From the NCBI GenBank assembly GCA_030390025.1, contig CM059432.1, positions 64,358,001-64,418,000 on the forward strand: 60,000 nt of DNA, given 5' to 3'. Source of the stretch: Squalus acanthias (lineage: Eukaryota). The notes beneath the pieces are model-generated. The model ran no database searches, was not told the origin of the DNA, and saw only the letters and a program-made list of their open reading frames with translations. This document shows, one piece after another, positions 1-12,323 of this stretch (positions are counted from its first letter, which is position 1; the number at the start of each line of letters is the position of its first letter). The position numbers and the translations under genes are program-made.

Positions 1-196
1 AGGCGGGGCACTACTGGAAGCACCCCGCCTCCCTCTTGGGGTGCTGTGAGTGAATTTCACAGGGTTAAGTGTCGCAGCGCCACGCTCTGCGGCACTTCAT
101 GCCGCGATACTGCAGGCCTTCTTCCCCTTTGAAGGAATTTTAATTTTAATCTTAGGGCGCTAACGGGAGGCGCAAATCAACCAAAATTTTAGGCCC
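1..196. mobile_element. Right part of a short Harbinger MITE cut by the window start
   Basis: Similar to 43741-43880 (ctggaagcaccccgc...ccctcttgggg). Ends GGCGCTAACGGGAGGCGCAAA...AATTTTTAGGCCC, like the other MITE ends. Confidence 0.7.
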
Positions 197-515
197 AAGC
201 TTTCCAGCCTTGTGTCGCTGATTTTCCAATGGATCTGGGGTGGATGGGGTTGGGAATATGCTTGGGAACATGCTCTGCTGCATCTCTGCCTTTCCCCTGT
301 TTTCTGGAGGGCAATCCCAAAGACTTCAAAGGTGCCCACTGTACATGTCAATCACAGGTTAATGATGGAAGCATGGCCTCCGCCATATTGCCTGCATTTG
401 GCCCATTCAAATTCTGATGCCAGGACTACCTTTTAGGCCCCAGTGTCCAGTGTACAATGGTCGGCAGAGGAGACATGGGGATAAGATTGGGAAGGGGCCT
501 GTGCAAGCACTTTTA

Positions 516-1173
516 GGGGGAAGAATTGGGTGGTGCTCCTTTTGGGGCATTATTAGCGCCCCGAAAAAGTTAGCGCCTCTCTGCCGTAAATTCAGTAGTA
601 GCGCCCCAAGCTCCTGCTTAGGGTGCTATTACTTAATGTCACGGTGCTATGTGCAGCAGCGCCACGCGTGTTGGCACTTAGCACCACGTCATTGCAGGCC
701 TCCTCCCTGATTAAAAGGGAGGGGCCTAGTACTGCATGTACCAGGACCCTGCCGGACCACCGGGGAGCGGGGTGCCATGAAAACAGCTTGACACTCCGCA
801 CAACGGCTGGCACCCCGCATACAAAAGTGAAAGGGGGCAGGTGCTGGCAGTCGGCCAAAATAAAAATGGCCGTCCCACACCTTTAACTTGCGCCGCCGCA
901 ACTGCAAAACCGCCCCCGATTCTGTCCCACATATCGTCTGACGATGGGTCAGGGGGCGCAAGGGAAGTTTGCAGCTGGGGCGCAAACGGGGCACTGCGCA
1001 CAGCAATGATGTCATCGCCGGTGGCACAGTGCCACGGGGCGCTACCGGCTACTGCCGCCGCTAACCTCACGCTGAATTTCGTGGGAGGTGTTAGCGGTGC
1101 CAAGCCCGGGCGCTCAGTGATTTGCCCCCCGGAGGCGCTAACGAGAGGCGCAAACCAACCCAATTTTTCCCCC
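516..1173. mobile_element. Non-autonomous PIF/Harbinger MITE (GC-rich family)
   Basis: TIRs GGGGGAAGAATTGG / CCAATTTTTCCCCC, exact 3-bp TSD TTA (513-515, 1174-1176), internal homology to 43622-44401. Confidence 0.88.
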
Positions 1174-1571
1174 TTAGAGTGTGGCCATGCAAAGGGCCCA
1201 TTAGTTAATTTAAACGTATTTAAACTGAAATCTCTATTTCTATTCAGACAGCTTGTTAATATGTTCTCTTTTTCTTAAATAATCTGGAATAATAATAATA
1301 GGATTCCCACAGGTAACGTTATCTGTTTTTCTCAACATGCACATTTGACAATCCTTTCACATTTATGTAAGCGCTAGTTGACCTCCCATGGCATTATGCA
1401 TGAGGGGTGAAGACCAAGTATGGTCTCCCGATTAAAGAGGATAGTAGGTGGCGGATAATTGGACCAGAATGTGTAGACATATTTCAGCGTCTATTTTGAA
1501 GTAATTCATTCTTTCCTAATTTTAGATAAAATGTTGGCAAAGCTAATGGCAATTTGGGAAGCAGAGATTTT

Positions 1572-2217
1572 GGCCGTTATTTTCTCAAGGCAGGCGGGTT
1601 GTGGGTGGGGGCTGCCGAGGTGGGTGGGAAACCCAGGAGGCCGGGTTTCCACAGGCCCTGCCGACTGTAACAGCAGGGCCTGATTTGCATGTGAGGCCTC
1701 GGGTTCCCGGCCTCGGTTGGGGATCGGGAAGTGGGGAGAGAATTGGCTGGGATCATGGATCGGGAGGGGGGGAGAGGATCGGGGATTGGGAGGGGGGAGA
1801 GAGGATCGGGGCCGGCCTCATCATTATCGTTGGGGGGGGGGGCGGGGAGGCTTGGGGTGGGGTAGGTGGTCGGAGGTCTCCGATCGCGGGGGATGGGTTA
1901 GGCAGGGACCCTGGATCCAGGAGGTAGGTATAAAGCCACTTATCTCCTGGATGCTGCAGTCCCCACCTCTGTTTAACTGCCAAGTTTCACGAATTGTATG
2001 AAACCCGTCCACAGGCAGTTAAATTCAAAATGGACGGGAAAAAGAGGCTTCCAGCCTCATTACAATATTTAAATTAAGGTAACGTCCCCTGGGAGCGGAT
2101 TGGCTCCCCGCCCCCCATCCCGCCTCCAGCAAAACCAGAAGTGGGAATCCCATTTTTAACAATTTAACTGCCTCCACGCTCCAAAACCCACCCTTTCTTC
2201 AGGGGAAACTTCCGGCC
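1572..2217. mobile_element. Harbinger-like MITE (G-rich family, related to 10064-10951)
   Basis: Degenerate TIRs GGCCGTTATTTT / AAACTTCCGGCC. Shares internal blocks (agggcctgatttgcatg; gggttaggcagggaccc.ggatccaggagg) with 10064-10951. TSD not intact. Confidence 0.75.
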
Positions 2218-2298
2218 ATAGAATTTGTTGCAACATTGGAGTTTCTCTGTAGTGCAAAATGAGGCACTACAGTGTTACCACGGACAGGAGGGGGGTAA

Positions 2299-2590
2299 TA
2301 AAGAACTTGCATTTATATAGCGCCTTTCACATCCTCAGTATGTCCCAAAGTGCTTCACAGCCAATGAAGAACTTTTAAAGTATAGTCACTGTTGTAATGT
2401 ACGGAAACACAGCAGCCAATATGCGTACAGCAAAGGTCCCACAAAAAACAATTAGATAAATGGCATTGGTTGAGATAAAAATGTTGGCCAGGACACCGGG
2501 TGAACGCCCTTGCTCTTCCTTGAATAGTGCCATGAGTTCTTTTATGTCAACCTGAGAGGATAGACGGAACTCAGTTTAACATCTTATCCA
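2299..2590 (-). mobile_element. DeuSINE-type (SacSINE1/AmnSINE-like) SINE fragment
   Basis: Reverse complement of the Deu domain and tail (cttgcatttatatagcgcctttc...agtcactgttgtaatgt...gcagccaat). Related copies at ~12795, ~13200 and ~28440. Confidence 0.75.
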
Positions 2591-3262
2591 TGCCAAGTTT
2601 ACATAGGCAATTTGCATTCTAAATGTAAAACATAGGAATTTATAACAGGAATAAATAAGACAGCAAGTGCATGTAGACACAAGATTGTCAATATATTATA
2701 GATTAGTATCCACTATTTCTCTTTATATTTTAGAAAATTATATTAACATTAGTTTATTAAAATAATCCCACTAAAAACAGAGAAAAATACAATCCTCTAT
2801 AACAAAGACATTGCTCAGCTGTTGTTACGATGAGTTATATAGATGCCTTACTATGAATAATTTTAGATACATCTTTGGATATTCAATATAGATTCAACCC
2901 TCAAGTAAGGGAAACCAATCAGATCATGAGGGGCAATGTCATAAGTACATTTTGCATGCAGGACAAATTCGATATTCAATAGTTAAATATAAGTGACACA
3001 AATTATTCTCATTGTTAATATTTCGATTTTTTTAAAACAAGAGCAATTCTAAATCCAGATGGTGTTTGATACTACCAAGGGCTTTTTCTTCAGCTATGGT
3101 TGGCATTCATAAATCACTAAAGTGAAATCTGATTCTACAAATTCAGCAAAAAATGTGAAGCTCAAGAAATATAAATAGCATACAAATTTGCACAGAACAA
3201 GTATACATCTCTGGCCAATGTATGTGTGTGCCAATATTACTGTGCATATTTAAAAAGTAATG

Positions 3263-4153
3263 GGGGAAAAAATTCAGTTGGTTGCGCCTCCCGTTAGCGC
3301 CTTAAGAGGGCGCTAATGGGGCGCAAATCATCTAGCGCCCAGGCGCGGCGATGTTTGCGCCGCTCGTGAAATTAACTAGACACTTTGCGGCGGCGCTAAA
3401 CACTACCGCCACGATCTCCTGCGCCGGCAGATCGTGACATCAGTCGAGTGCGCAACGCCCCGGTATCGCCCCGGAGCGGATATTGAGTGGCGCCCCCTGC
3501 CTTACCGCCTGCCGCTAGCAACGACAGGTTGAGGGGAGCGTTTTGCAGTCAGGATGGGACTGGGGGAGCACTATTTAAAGGCAACCGCTTCCTGCCTTTT
3601 ATTGTTGGTGACATTTTTGAACCACGCTTTCTGAGAGAAAGAGAGAGACTTCTGGAGAGATTCAACGCTGTGTGAAGGAGTTTTGGGTACTGAGCAGCAC
3701 TTTGCAGGTTCATTTTGATTTGCCCTTCCTTGTATCGATTTAGAAGAGACTGTGGGGGCTGCACTCTGAGCTCTTTCCCTGATACTCTCCATTGTTCTTT
3801 CCAGCAGATTTGATGTGCAGGTCTCTCCAGGCCGAGATTCAAGGCTGCAATGAGCAGGATGTGGATGGAAAGCAAGATCAACCCTCCCCTTTAAGAACTG
3901 GCCCACGCCATTGTGTGTGTGTTCCATTGCTGACTGACATCACATGAGCTTCGCCAGCGCTCTGAGGTAGCACCTCGCTCCTCGGCCTTTGCGCCTTAAG
4001 ACAGGTGTGAAGCGCCTGATTTAGCACTCCAATCACCTCCAGGGGCGATAAAAGTCAAGTTTGCAGTCGGTGGCGATAATTAGCGCCAGGCGCTAATCTT
4101 TGCGCCCGGCCGATAATTGCGCCCCAAATGGGGCGATACTGAATTTCTCCCCC
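3263..4153. mobile_element. Harbinger MITE
   Basis: TIRs GGGGAAAAAATTCAG / CTGAATTTCTCCCCC, many subterminal GGCGCTAA/TTAGCGCC motifs. The left end is the reverse complement of the right end of 43622-44401. Confidence 0.85.
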
Positions 4154-4599
4154 ATAGAGTTTTAAACAATTACAGTCTTCAATATTTTTTACAACTTTCA
4201 AAATAAACTAGACTAATGACAAACTAATAAAATGATGTTGTTTTCAAAACAAAGGCCTAGAAATTCATTATCGCCCACTAACTTCGGAAAAGTTTGGGAT
4301 TTAGCCCTAGGCGGTAATGAATCTCGCTGAATGCAAAATTCATTGTCATCACTCAAAGAAAGGATGGGAGCGCTAAATCAAGCGCTAACAGCCTAGCTCA
4401 GTGGCGCTACACTCAAAGCACTAACCAATATCAGGTGCAATCTAATCACAAGTCATCATTGCCACAGGCTCTTTCCAGTTCTTAAAGGGGCGGTTCATTG
4501 ATGTTGCAGGTCCTAATTCTCAGCATTGCTGGCTGTGAATCTGTGTCAGCAAGCAGGAGCAGGCCAAGCCCAAGGAGCCAGATGACTCAAGCAGGTTTC

Positions 4600-6377
4600 A
4601 TGATGGCAGATCCATGCCTCAGGGAGAGAGCCCGCAGATTTTTGGACCAAGCATTGGAGGAGTTGGTGTCGGCTATGGAGAGATGGAGGATGGTGCTCTA
4701 CCCAGCAAGTAGCAGGAGGCCCTCACAGCAAGTCTTCCATGCCATGTGGAGGGAGGTTGCCCATCAGGTCTCGGGTAGCACGGTGGTCCCCAGGATCCAT
4801 ACACAGTGCAGGAAGAAATTTAATGACCTCACTCAGGTGGTCAGAGTGAGTCAATGCCTTGACAAATGCTGCATACCATTGTCTGAACCATAGTCTGCTC
4901 ACACTGGCCAAGGCACCACACCCCCAGCACTCACCCACCAGCAATCTCTACCTACCAACATTCACACCAACATCTCACACCTTGCACACAATCACAGCTA
5001 TTCAACTATGGCAGGCACATCACCCAAACACATTGCTCCACACTCACTCCCACAATTTCCTTTCTCTTGCAGGCCAAGGTGGCTCACAACAGGAGGGAGC
5101 AGGAGCGCACAGGCGAGGGACAAGCCGACACCCAACCACTGTCTGCACTGGAGAATCGAGTGCTGCAAATTCATTGGGTGCCAGGTGGTGGGCGTTATGG
5201 CCACTGGCAATATTGACCCCCTTGATGACAACAACGGTATGTTCATCACTACTCCTTCTTCTCACATCCCACTTCCCCTCACCCCACAAGCCTTTCGTAT
5301 TTTCCAGCTAATCATGCTGTATGCATGCATTTCTCCCTTCCTGCTCCCTCCCCTCACCTTAACCTGACTCTCGTACCTTTATGCTTTCAGATAAAGAGCA
5401 AGCACCGGAGCAGCCTGTCCGTGAGGGCACCTTTACGAGCGATGCGGAAGACCGCATCACTGCATGTCTCACCCGCAGGCACCAACTCAGATACTGGCAC
5501 TACGCATTCTGTAGAGGCTAGTATAGTAGTGGGATCTGCACAGGGTGATGCACCAGGAATGAGTGCACTGCAGCAAGGCCAGGGGGAAAGGGTAGCTCAG
5601 GTGCCAGCTCCCCGGGGGGCGAGTTCGCATGCGAGTTCTGCTGCACAGGGCTCAGATGAGGGCCTCGATGGGGAGGCCTTTAGAAGAAGGGTGGTGGGCA
5701 TGCACACGAAGATAATAGGTGCAATGGCAAGGGTGCCCGAGAGCCAGTCGGCAATGGTAAGGAGCGTGGAGGAGTCCACTTCCAACATTGCACAAAGCTC
5801 TGCGCACACCATGGAGCCCATCATTTCCAGTCTGGAAAAGATGGTAGATTCCCAGAGAGACCATGACGACCCAGACCTAATGCCATGTGTGATGGACAAT
5901 CTGGCAGTTTCTATTGCAGCACAGGCGGAAGCGACGCAACGTCTTAGTGCTGTAATACAGTCTATGCTTGGTGGCATTGAATCTCAGGCTGCTCTCATGC
6001 AGTCTCAGCTTGATGCCACGCAAGCTCTGACTGCTGCCATCGTGGCTGGGTCTACCACCGTCTACCGGTGCTTTCACGGTATCGCAGCAGGCCAGCAATC
6101 TGTGCTGCATCAGATTGCTAGGGATCCTGAGGTGCTGCCCCGGGGGAGTGGCAGTGGGTCAGTGGAGCAGGAAGCTGATGTCCTCTCTCAGGATGACAGC
6201 TTTCCTGCTCCCACCAGTGACACACCGCCATTGCCCTTGTCACTGCCTGTCATCCAGCCATCCCAGACTGCTGCCGCCCATGCTGAGGTGGTGCAGTCTA
6301 CAGCCGGGACTTCCAGGCCCAGAGCTGGTCGAGGGCGTCCTGCAAGGCCATCTGAAGTCTCCCGCACAGACATTTAG
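4600..6377 (+). pseudogene. Harbinger Myb/SANT-like (NAIF1-type) DNA-binding protein, 3 exons (~4600-4845, 5073-5236, 5391-6377), frameshifted
   Basis: Exon 1 reads RERARRF...W.EVA..V.......R...QCRKKFNDL with a GTGAGT donor. Exon 2 reads AKVAHNRREQERTGEG. GT-AG sites are intact, but there are frameshifts in exon 2 and early exon 3. Confidence 0.85.
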
Positions 6378-6659
6378 CAGCTTTCCACCAGCCCTGCTGC
6401 AGCCACTGGGCCTACACTTCATAGGAGCACTAGAGTAGGTAAAGGCACAGTAACGAGAGGCACTAAGGGATTGCACAAGGGTGAATAGCTAATATTGTTG
6501 TTGTAAAGATAAAGATGTGTTAACTGATTATTGATAAATTTATTAAATCATTTCGGATAATTTTGTGGTGTCTCTCATTTCAGCTGTGCGCTGTGATATG
6601 GCCTGCAACAGGGATGGACTGATGGGGATGTGGTGAGCAACGGGGATCTGGGGTTGAAC

Positions 6660-7771
6660 TTACTGCAACCGCAGTCTGATGAGGCGGTCACGGACTGCCC
6701 TTCCGGAAGGCCAATTGAGTGGCTGCCTCCTCCCTCGTTCCTCCTCCTCCTCCTCCTCCTCCTCTCCCTCCTCCTCCTCCTGAGGTAGTCCCGCAATCCC
6801 TGGTGGCAAGGGCTGGGCCCTCATGATGACAAAATTGTGGAGCATGCAGCACACCATGACGAAATGGGACACCCATTCCGACGAGTACTGGAGGGCTTCT
6901 CCCGAGTGGTCAAGGCAGTAGAATCATTGCTTGAGCACCCTGATGGTCTGCTCGATGATGCTCCTGGTGGCAGTATGGCTCTCATTATATGACTGCTGGG
7001 CAGGAGTGTTGGGGTTGTGGAGGGGAGTCATGAGCCAGGTGGAGAGCGGATACCCCTTGTCTCCGACCAGCCAGCCGCGAGCTTGATGTGGTGGCTGGAA
7101 GAGTGCTGGCGCAGGATGAAGGCATCGTGGCTGCTGTCAGGATAACGGGCATTGACATTGAAGATTAGCTGTCTGTGGTCGCACACCAACTGCACATTAA
7201 GTGAGTGGTAGCCTTTGTGGTTACGGAAGATCTCAGGATTGTTATGTGGTGCCCACAAAGCCACGTGGGTGCAGTCAATGGCGCCCTGCACCATGGGGAA
7301 TCCCGCTATCCTGGCAAAGCCACATGCACGCTCATCCTGCTTCTCTTTGGTGATGGGGAAGGAAATGTAGTCCCTTCTCCTACTGTAGAGAGCCTCTGTG
7401 ACCTCCCGGATGCAGCGATGGACGGCGAACTGCAAGATGTTACCAATATCTCCTGTTGCAAACTGGAAGGATCCGCTGGCGAAGAAATTGAGGGCGACGT
7501 TGACCTTCACTGCCACTGAGAGAGCCGTCCTCGTCTTGATCTGAGGCTCGAGGTTTGGTTGCAGGAGGTGGCAGAGTTCTGTGACCACCTCCTTGATGAA
7601 GCGGAGGTAGGAGAAGTGCTCTCAGAAGACCCTTGGCGCGTAAGGCCTCCTGTTAAGAGCCCTCATATCCCTCCTCTTCTCTCTAACCACATGTTCCAAT
7701 CTTTCTCGCTGCCTCCGCTCCCTCCGCTGTAGATCCTAGAGGGCGAGGTTGACTGCCAGTACAGCCCCCAT
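6660..7771 (-). pseudogene. Harbinger (HARBI1-like) DDE transposase, disrupted
   Basis: Motifs [51 protein letters not shown] and a C-terminal poly-Glu. Contains frameshifts and stops. Confidence 0.93.
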
Positions 7772-9215
7772 TAATGTAATGATGTGTAGCACTTTGATAT
7801 TTTGTGAGAATAAATGTAACTAATTTTTAGTAGCCACAACCCTCCGGAGACTAAACAACCTTTAAATGACTGAATTAAACTGTTGCACAATGTCAAACTG
7901 ACAAGGAAGCAGTGAAACAGCACTAACCTGAGAGTTGCGACTCATTACTGAGGATCCCTTTAAGTAGCTCCCCTGGAGCCAGCTACTGACTGCTTCAGGC
8001 CTCCTCTCCCTGTCGCTGTCAGGGCAAGGCACTAAGGCAGGGGGCGATACTCAATTTGGCAGATCATGCGCCCAGTGAGCATTGCACACTCACTGATGTC
8101 ACGATCTGCTTGGCGCTGAAGTCCCCGGTGCTAACTTGTAGCGGTGGCGCTACAGGGGGGCCGAATTTGGCATGCGCCGCTGGATTTGCCTCGCCGCGAC
8201 AATACTGCTTCAGCGCCCCACTAGCGCCCCCGCCAGGCGCTAACTGGAGGCGCTAAAGTACCGAATTTCACCCCCAATGTCTGTTGTAATTGCAGGGTTC
8301 GAATAGTAGAAAAGTGACTCCAATCCTGACAATTTAATAAAGCATGCAAATGTAAACTGATGAGTAACAAAAATATATTCAATCGTAGGCTAAAGTTTTA
8401 GGTCCAATTATTTTCTGTTTTGAAGTTTCTTTTTGTCAATAAGTGAACATTTGAACAAGCTAATGGCAACAACTTCAATGATGTAACCAAGCCTGATCAG
8501 ACTTCACTTACAAAACCAATACATATACAGGTGTTAGAGAGATTGAAACTTCATACAGTTTCCATCTACATCAACCAATATTTAATTTAGATTTGTATTA
8601 GAAATTTAACTGGTCAGCCAAACCTAAAATCTGTGGTGTAATATATACTGTTGCTATTCTGTCTAATTGACTTGCTAATGTTTGACATACATATTTTTAG
8701 ATAGATACTTAACATATGCCACCAGATTTTAATTTACATTGAAATATCATCTAATCTATTGCCTTGAATGTGTGTTACTGCTGCACTTCATTGAACGGTT
8801 AATGTTGCCTTCTGTTTCTAAAATCAAAATGAAAGGTTTACTTACAAGAATTTGCTATGATAATTAGAACAAATTATAAACACATTTCTTTGGAGCAGAT
8901 GCAGCTAACATTAATATCAAGGTTGCTGCTGCATTTCTGAATACTGAATGCGTCAAAGTCAAAAGAAGACATCTCCTAACATGCTAAGCATCAGCAACAA
9001 GCAGCTATTTAGTGGTGTAAACCTGTTACAAGTCCTCACAAAAATCTCTGCAATAATTAGACACTGATTGGATTGAGAACATTTGCTCCACACAGACCAG
9101 TTTACTTCAGTGCGCTGCCCCCCAGCAACACCACTGGCATGAAATCTAATTGCTGAAACTAATAGCTTTTCAATTAATTTACCTTGTGCTCAACATAAGT
9201 TCTGGAAAATATAAT

Positions 9216-9969
9216 GGCCGTGAAATTGCGGTGTCTGTGATGGCGTGCTCTCAGAGTTCGCCGTCGTATTCCCTTTGAAAGGGCCCGCAAGTTCCAGATT
9301 TCCGCTTGCGCATGAGTGAAATCTGGAACTTGCGGCCTGTCAACGTACACACTGACAGGCCATCCACAGGGGGTCCGAAAAAACAATCGCTGGAACAGAG
9401 TTGGGCTATTTGCCCAGCGACTGGCCAGCAATTGCCCACGTAAATCTTACGGTTGATGCAAGCAGATGTAGGGCCTGTTTGCATCAGCGCAAGGGGATAT
9501 CTAAACTGTAAGTTAAACATTTTTATATCCAAAATTATGCACATACACTTTATTAAATGAGTTTATGCAAATATTGGCCCAGATTACAGTCTTAATGATA
9601 TTTAAAATTATCAAAAAAATAAATATTTATTGAGGTTGGTGCAATGAAGGAACTTATGAAGAAAATTGCAATTCTGTACATTGTATTATTATTAGATTTG
9701 GGGATTCCATTGCATATCATTAGGGGATTCCCTTCGTAAATGATTGAAATGGAATTCTCCTTTGTCATTGGAGGACTAGGCCCACGTGATCCCAGGTACG
9801 CTTCTGAACCGCCTGCATCCCTGGGATCCGTGAGCATTTACGCTGTCCTCCACCTCGAGGTCTGAGACCGCAACTGTTCGCAGCCTGGGCACCAGGAGGT
9901 ACTTTCGTAATTGTTTCGCGGGTCGGAGGCGTACTTTGGAGGTACGCCTCCGACCACAATTTCTAGGTC
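9216..9969. mobile_element. Harbinger-like MITE
   Basis: TIRs GGCCGTGAAATTG / CAATTTCTAGGTC, exact TSD AAT, and an empty-site paralog at ~11803-11935. Confidence 0.85.
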
Positions 9970-10063
9970 AATATCTTCCAATGTTGGACCTTAATATACT
10001 ACAATACCAGGTGATGTGCAGTTCAGGGACAGTGACGGGGTGCCCATATGTAATTATGACTAT

Positions 10064-10951
10064 GGGCTGAATTTTAAAGGGGAAGGCGGGTTGGGGGCGG
10101 GGGGGCTCCGAGGTGATCAGGAAATCTGGGGGAGAATGGGTTTCCTGCAGGCCCTGCCGATTTTAACGGTAGGGCCTGATTTGCATGGGAAACCTCTGTT
10201 TTCCACCTGCAGCCAGCCAGATTGAGAGCCGGCTGGCTGCAGGCGGTAGGCCACTTAGCCACACAGAGGAGTGAGGGAGGGAATGCGTGGGGGCCGGGGT
10301 CTGCCTGAGTGGGTGGGGGTTGGCGTCTGACCAGGATCGCGGGCAGGGAGAAGCATGGTGGGGGGGTGGGGGGCGTGGTTTGCCGAAGATCAGGGGCCTG
10401 GTGGAGCACGGGGTGGGGGGGGTGGGGGGTGGGTGGGTCTGCCGAAGATTGGGGGCCGGGTGGAGCACGTGGGCGGGGGGGGGGTCTGCCAAAGATTGGG
10501 GGCAACGGGCCATGGGGCAGCTGGAGGTGCGAGGGGAGAGGCCTCATGGAGGAATCGGATTGCCTGGGGTGGGGGGTAATTGGTTGCCTGGTGGGGGAAT
10601 CGGAGGCCGGGGTAGGGTGGGTGTTCGGAGTCCCCGTGAGGGGTTTCCGATTGCAGGGGGTGGGTTAGGCAGGGACCCCGGATCCAGGAGGTTAGTGTAA
10701 AGACCAGCTACAGCTAAACACAAAATGGAGGTTAAAGAAGAGGATTCCAACCTCATTATAATATTTAAATAGACCGCCCGCCTCCTGGCAGCGGGTTGGT
10801 TGCCTGCCCCTGTCCTGCCTTCTGTCCCGCCTCCCACCCCACCTCCATTAAAACCAGAAGTGAGGTGGGTTCAGGTTGGGATTCACATTTTTAACACTTT
10901 AATTACCCCAAGCTCCCAACCCACCCATTTTTTAAAGTTAAAATTCCCCCC
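10064..10951. mobile_element. Harbinger-like MITE with G-rich internal tandem repeats
   Basis: TIRs GGGCTGAATTTT / AAAATTCCCCCC, exact TSD TAT (10061-10063, 10952-10954). Confidence 0.85.
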
Positions 10952-12296
10952 TATGTGTTTCAAACCCAGTCTCAGAACATCACTGGTGCATTATCTGTTC
11001 AATTATTGGTACCCAGAGTTACATTTCTAAGAGTTAAGACTGTGAGGAATGTGCCAAATGAATGGAAGAGTCTTGTTGTGACTTGGAATCAGTAAGTAAT
11101 GATAATGACTGATTAGTGGTTCTGTCTTCCGGAATGGATTTGTAATATGTGTCACTCAGGTGAACAATGTCTACTGAGGTAGTGTCTCAGCCAGATGCTC
11201 CATTTATCCTCAAAGTATCATCAAAAACCATTAGCGCTGCAACAATTAACTCCTTCAAATAAGAACTGAATTAATATCTGATTGGTAATGGGATTGTAGA
11301 TTAGAGCAATAAGTAAGGACAGAGATGATCAAATAATGTACGGAACACTGTGATTCCTATGCTACCGGGGATAGTGGAATGTCACCTGTAGAAAGCAACC
11401 AGCCGGGGTGGAATAGTTAAGATATTTGGATAAATAGATTCTGGAATTTTGTTTGATTACTTTTTATGGATTAGTATTTAAGCACTGCTTTCTCCTGGAA
11501 GACTAAATTAATGCATTGAAGTCCAAGACAATGACAATTTTCACAGGAATGGGATTGCAGGGTTAAATGGCCTTTTAGTTTGCTCTTATGATACACAACA
11601 CACTTAATAGTAAAATTACTCAGAGTCTGATATATATTTCCCCAAATATACACTTGTCCACATAAGGCATGTTTTAAAATGTCATTATCTGTAATGCCTG
11701 TGACATGCTTAAATAGTGGTTCCTTGAAGGATTTAGAGATTTGAATAGAACATAGTTAATCTTTACAACGTAAGAAAGTAAGGAGGTTTATTTTTTCACA
11801 TAGTCCAGTTTACTTCAGGGCACTGTCCCCCCATCATCACCATGGAATCCATTGCTGAAATCAATGGCTTTTCAATGAGTGAACCTTGTGCTACCCACAG
11901 TTCTGCAAAATATAATGTATTCCAATGTTGGATCATGTACACATTTTTTCTGGAAAATTTTCATTGTTGGATGTACTGATCAGCCTTGCAGCAACAAAAA
12001 AAGCAAATTTTAGTTCTTAGATACTTGCTATGTGTTCTTCTAGATCAAATCATCTCATAATTTATATTCAGTTCTTTTTCTGCTAATTGGAAATTAATAT
12101 CAGTCGTCATTTTTATTTTGTACAACAGAATGTCGATGCATCGAGGGATAGAATGTGCAAACAACTTTATATAATTTGCAATATTCATCAATTATGCATG
12201 CCTTCTTGTATAGCTTAATTAAATGTGCTCTGATTAGTTTGATGCCTTTCCCTCTGTGTGTTTTGCAGGCCAGCATTCTTCTCTGTGCTGCAGCAC

Positions 12297-12323
12297 ATGG
12301 ATTTCAGGACTGCAGCTGAGGAG
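12297..12323 (+). CDS. SNTG1: Gamma-1-syntrophin, first coding exon (exon 12269-12323; CDS MDFRTAAEE)
   Basis: Acceptor ttttgcAG ends at 12268, ATG at 12297, phase-0 donor GTAGGT at 12324. The peptide matches the vertebrate SNTG1 N-terminus as I recall it (human MDFRTACEE) and joins in frame to the 50298 exon. Confidence 0.93.

Larger units (their letters stand above)
4254..8275. mobile_element. Decayed full-length PIF/Harbinger transposon (Myb/SANT gene on +, transposase on -)
   Basis: Imperfect TIRs GGCCTAGAAATTC / GAATTTCACCCCC, two convergent genes, flanks AAA/AAT. Confidence 0.9.

Noticed and set aside
5325..6377. 350-aa ORF as a novel host gene or domesticated protein
   Set aside because: It is exon 3 of the Harbinger Myb gene inside TIRs. 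Exon 2 is frameshifted to a stop and the ancestral frame shifts near 5450, so no intact spliced product can be built.
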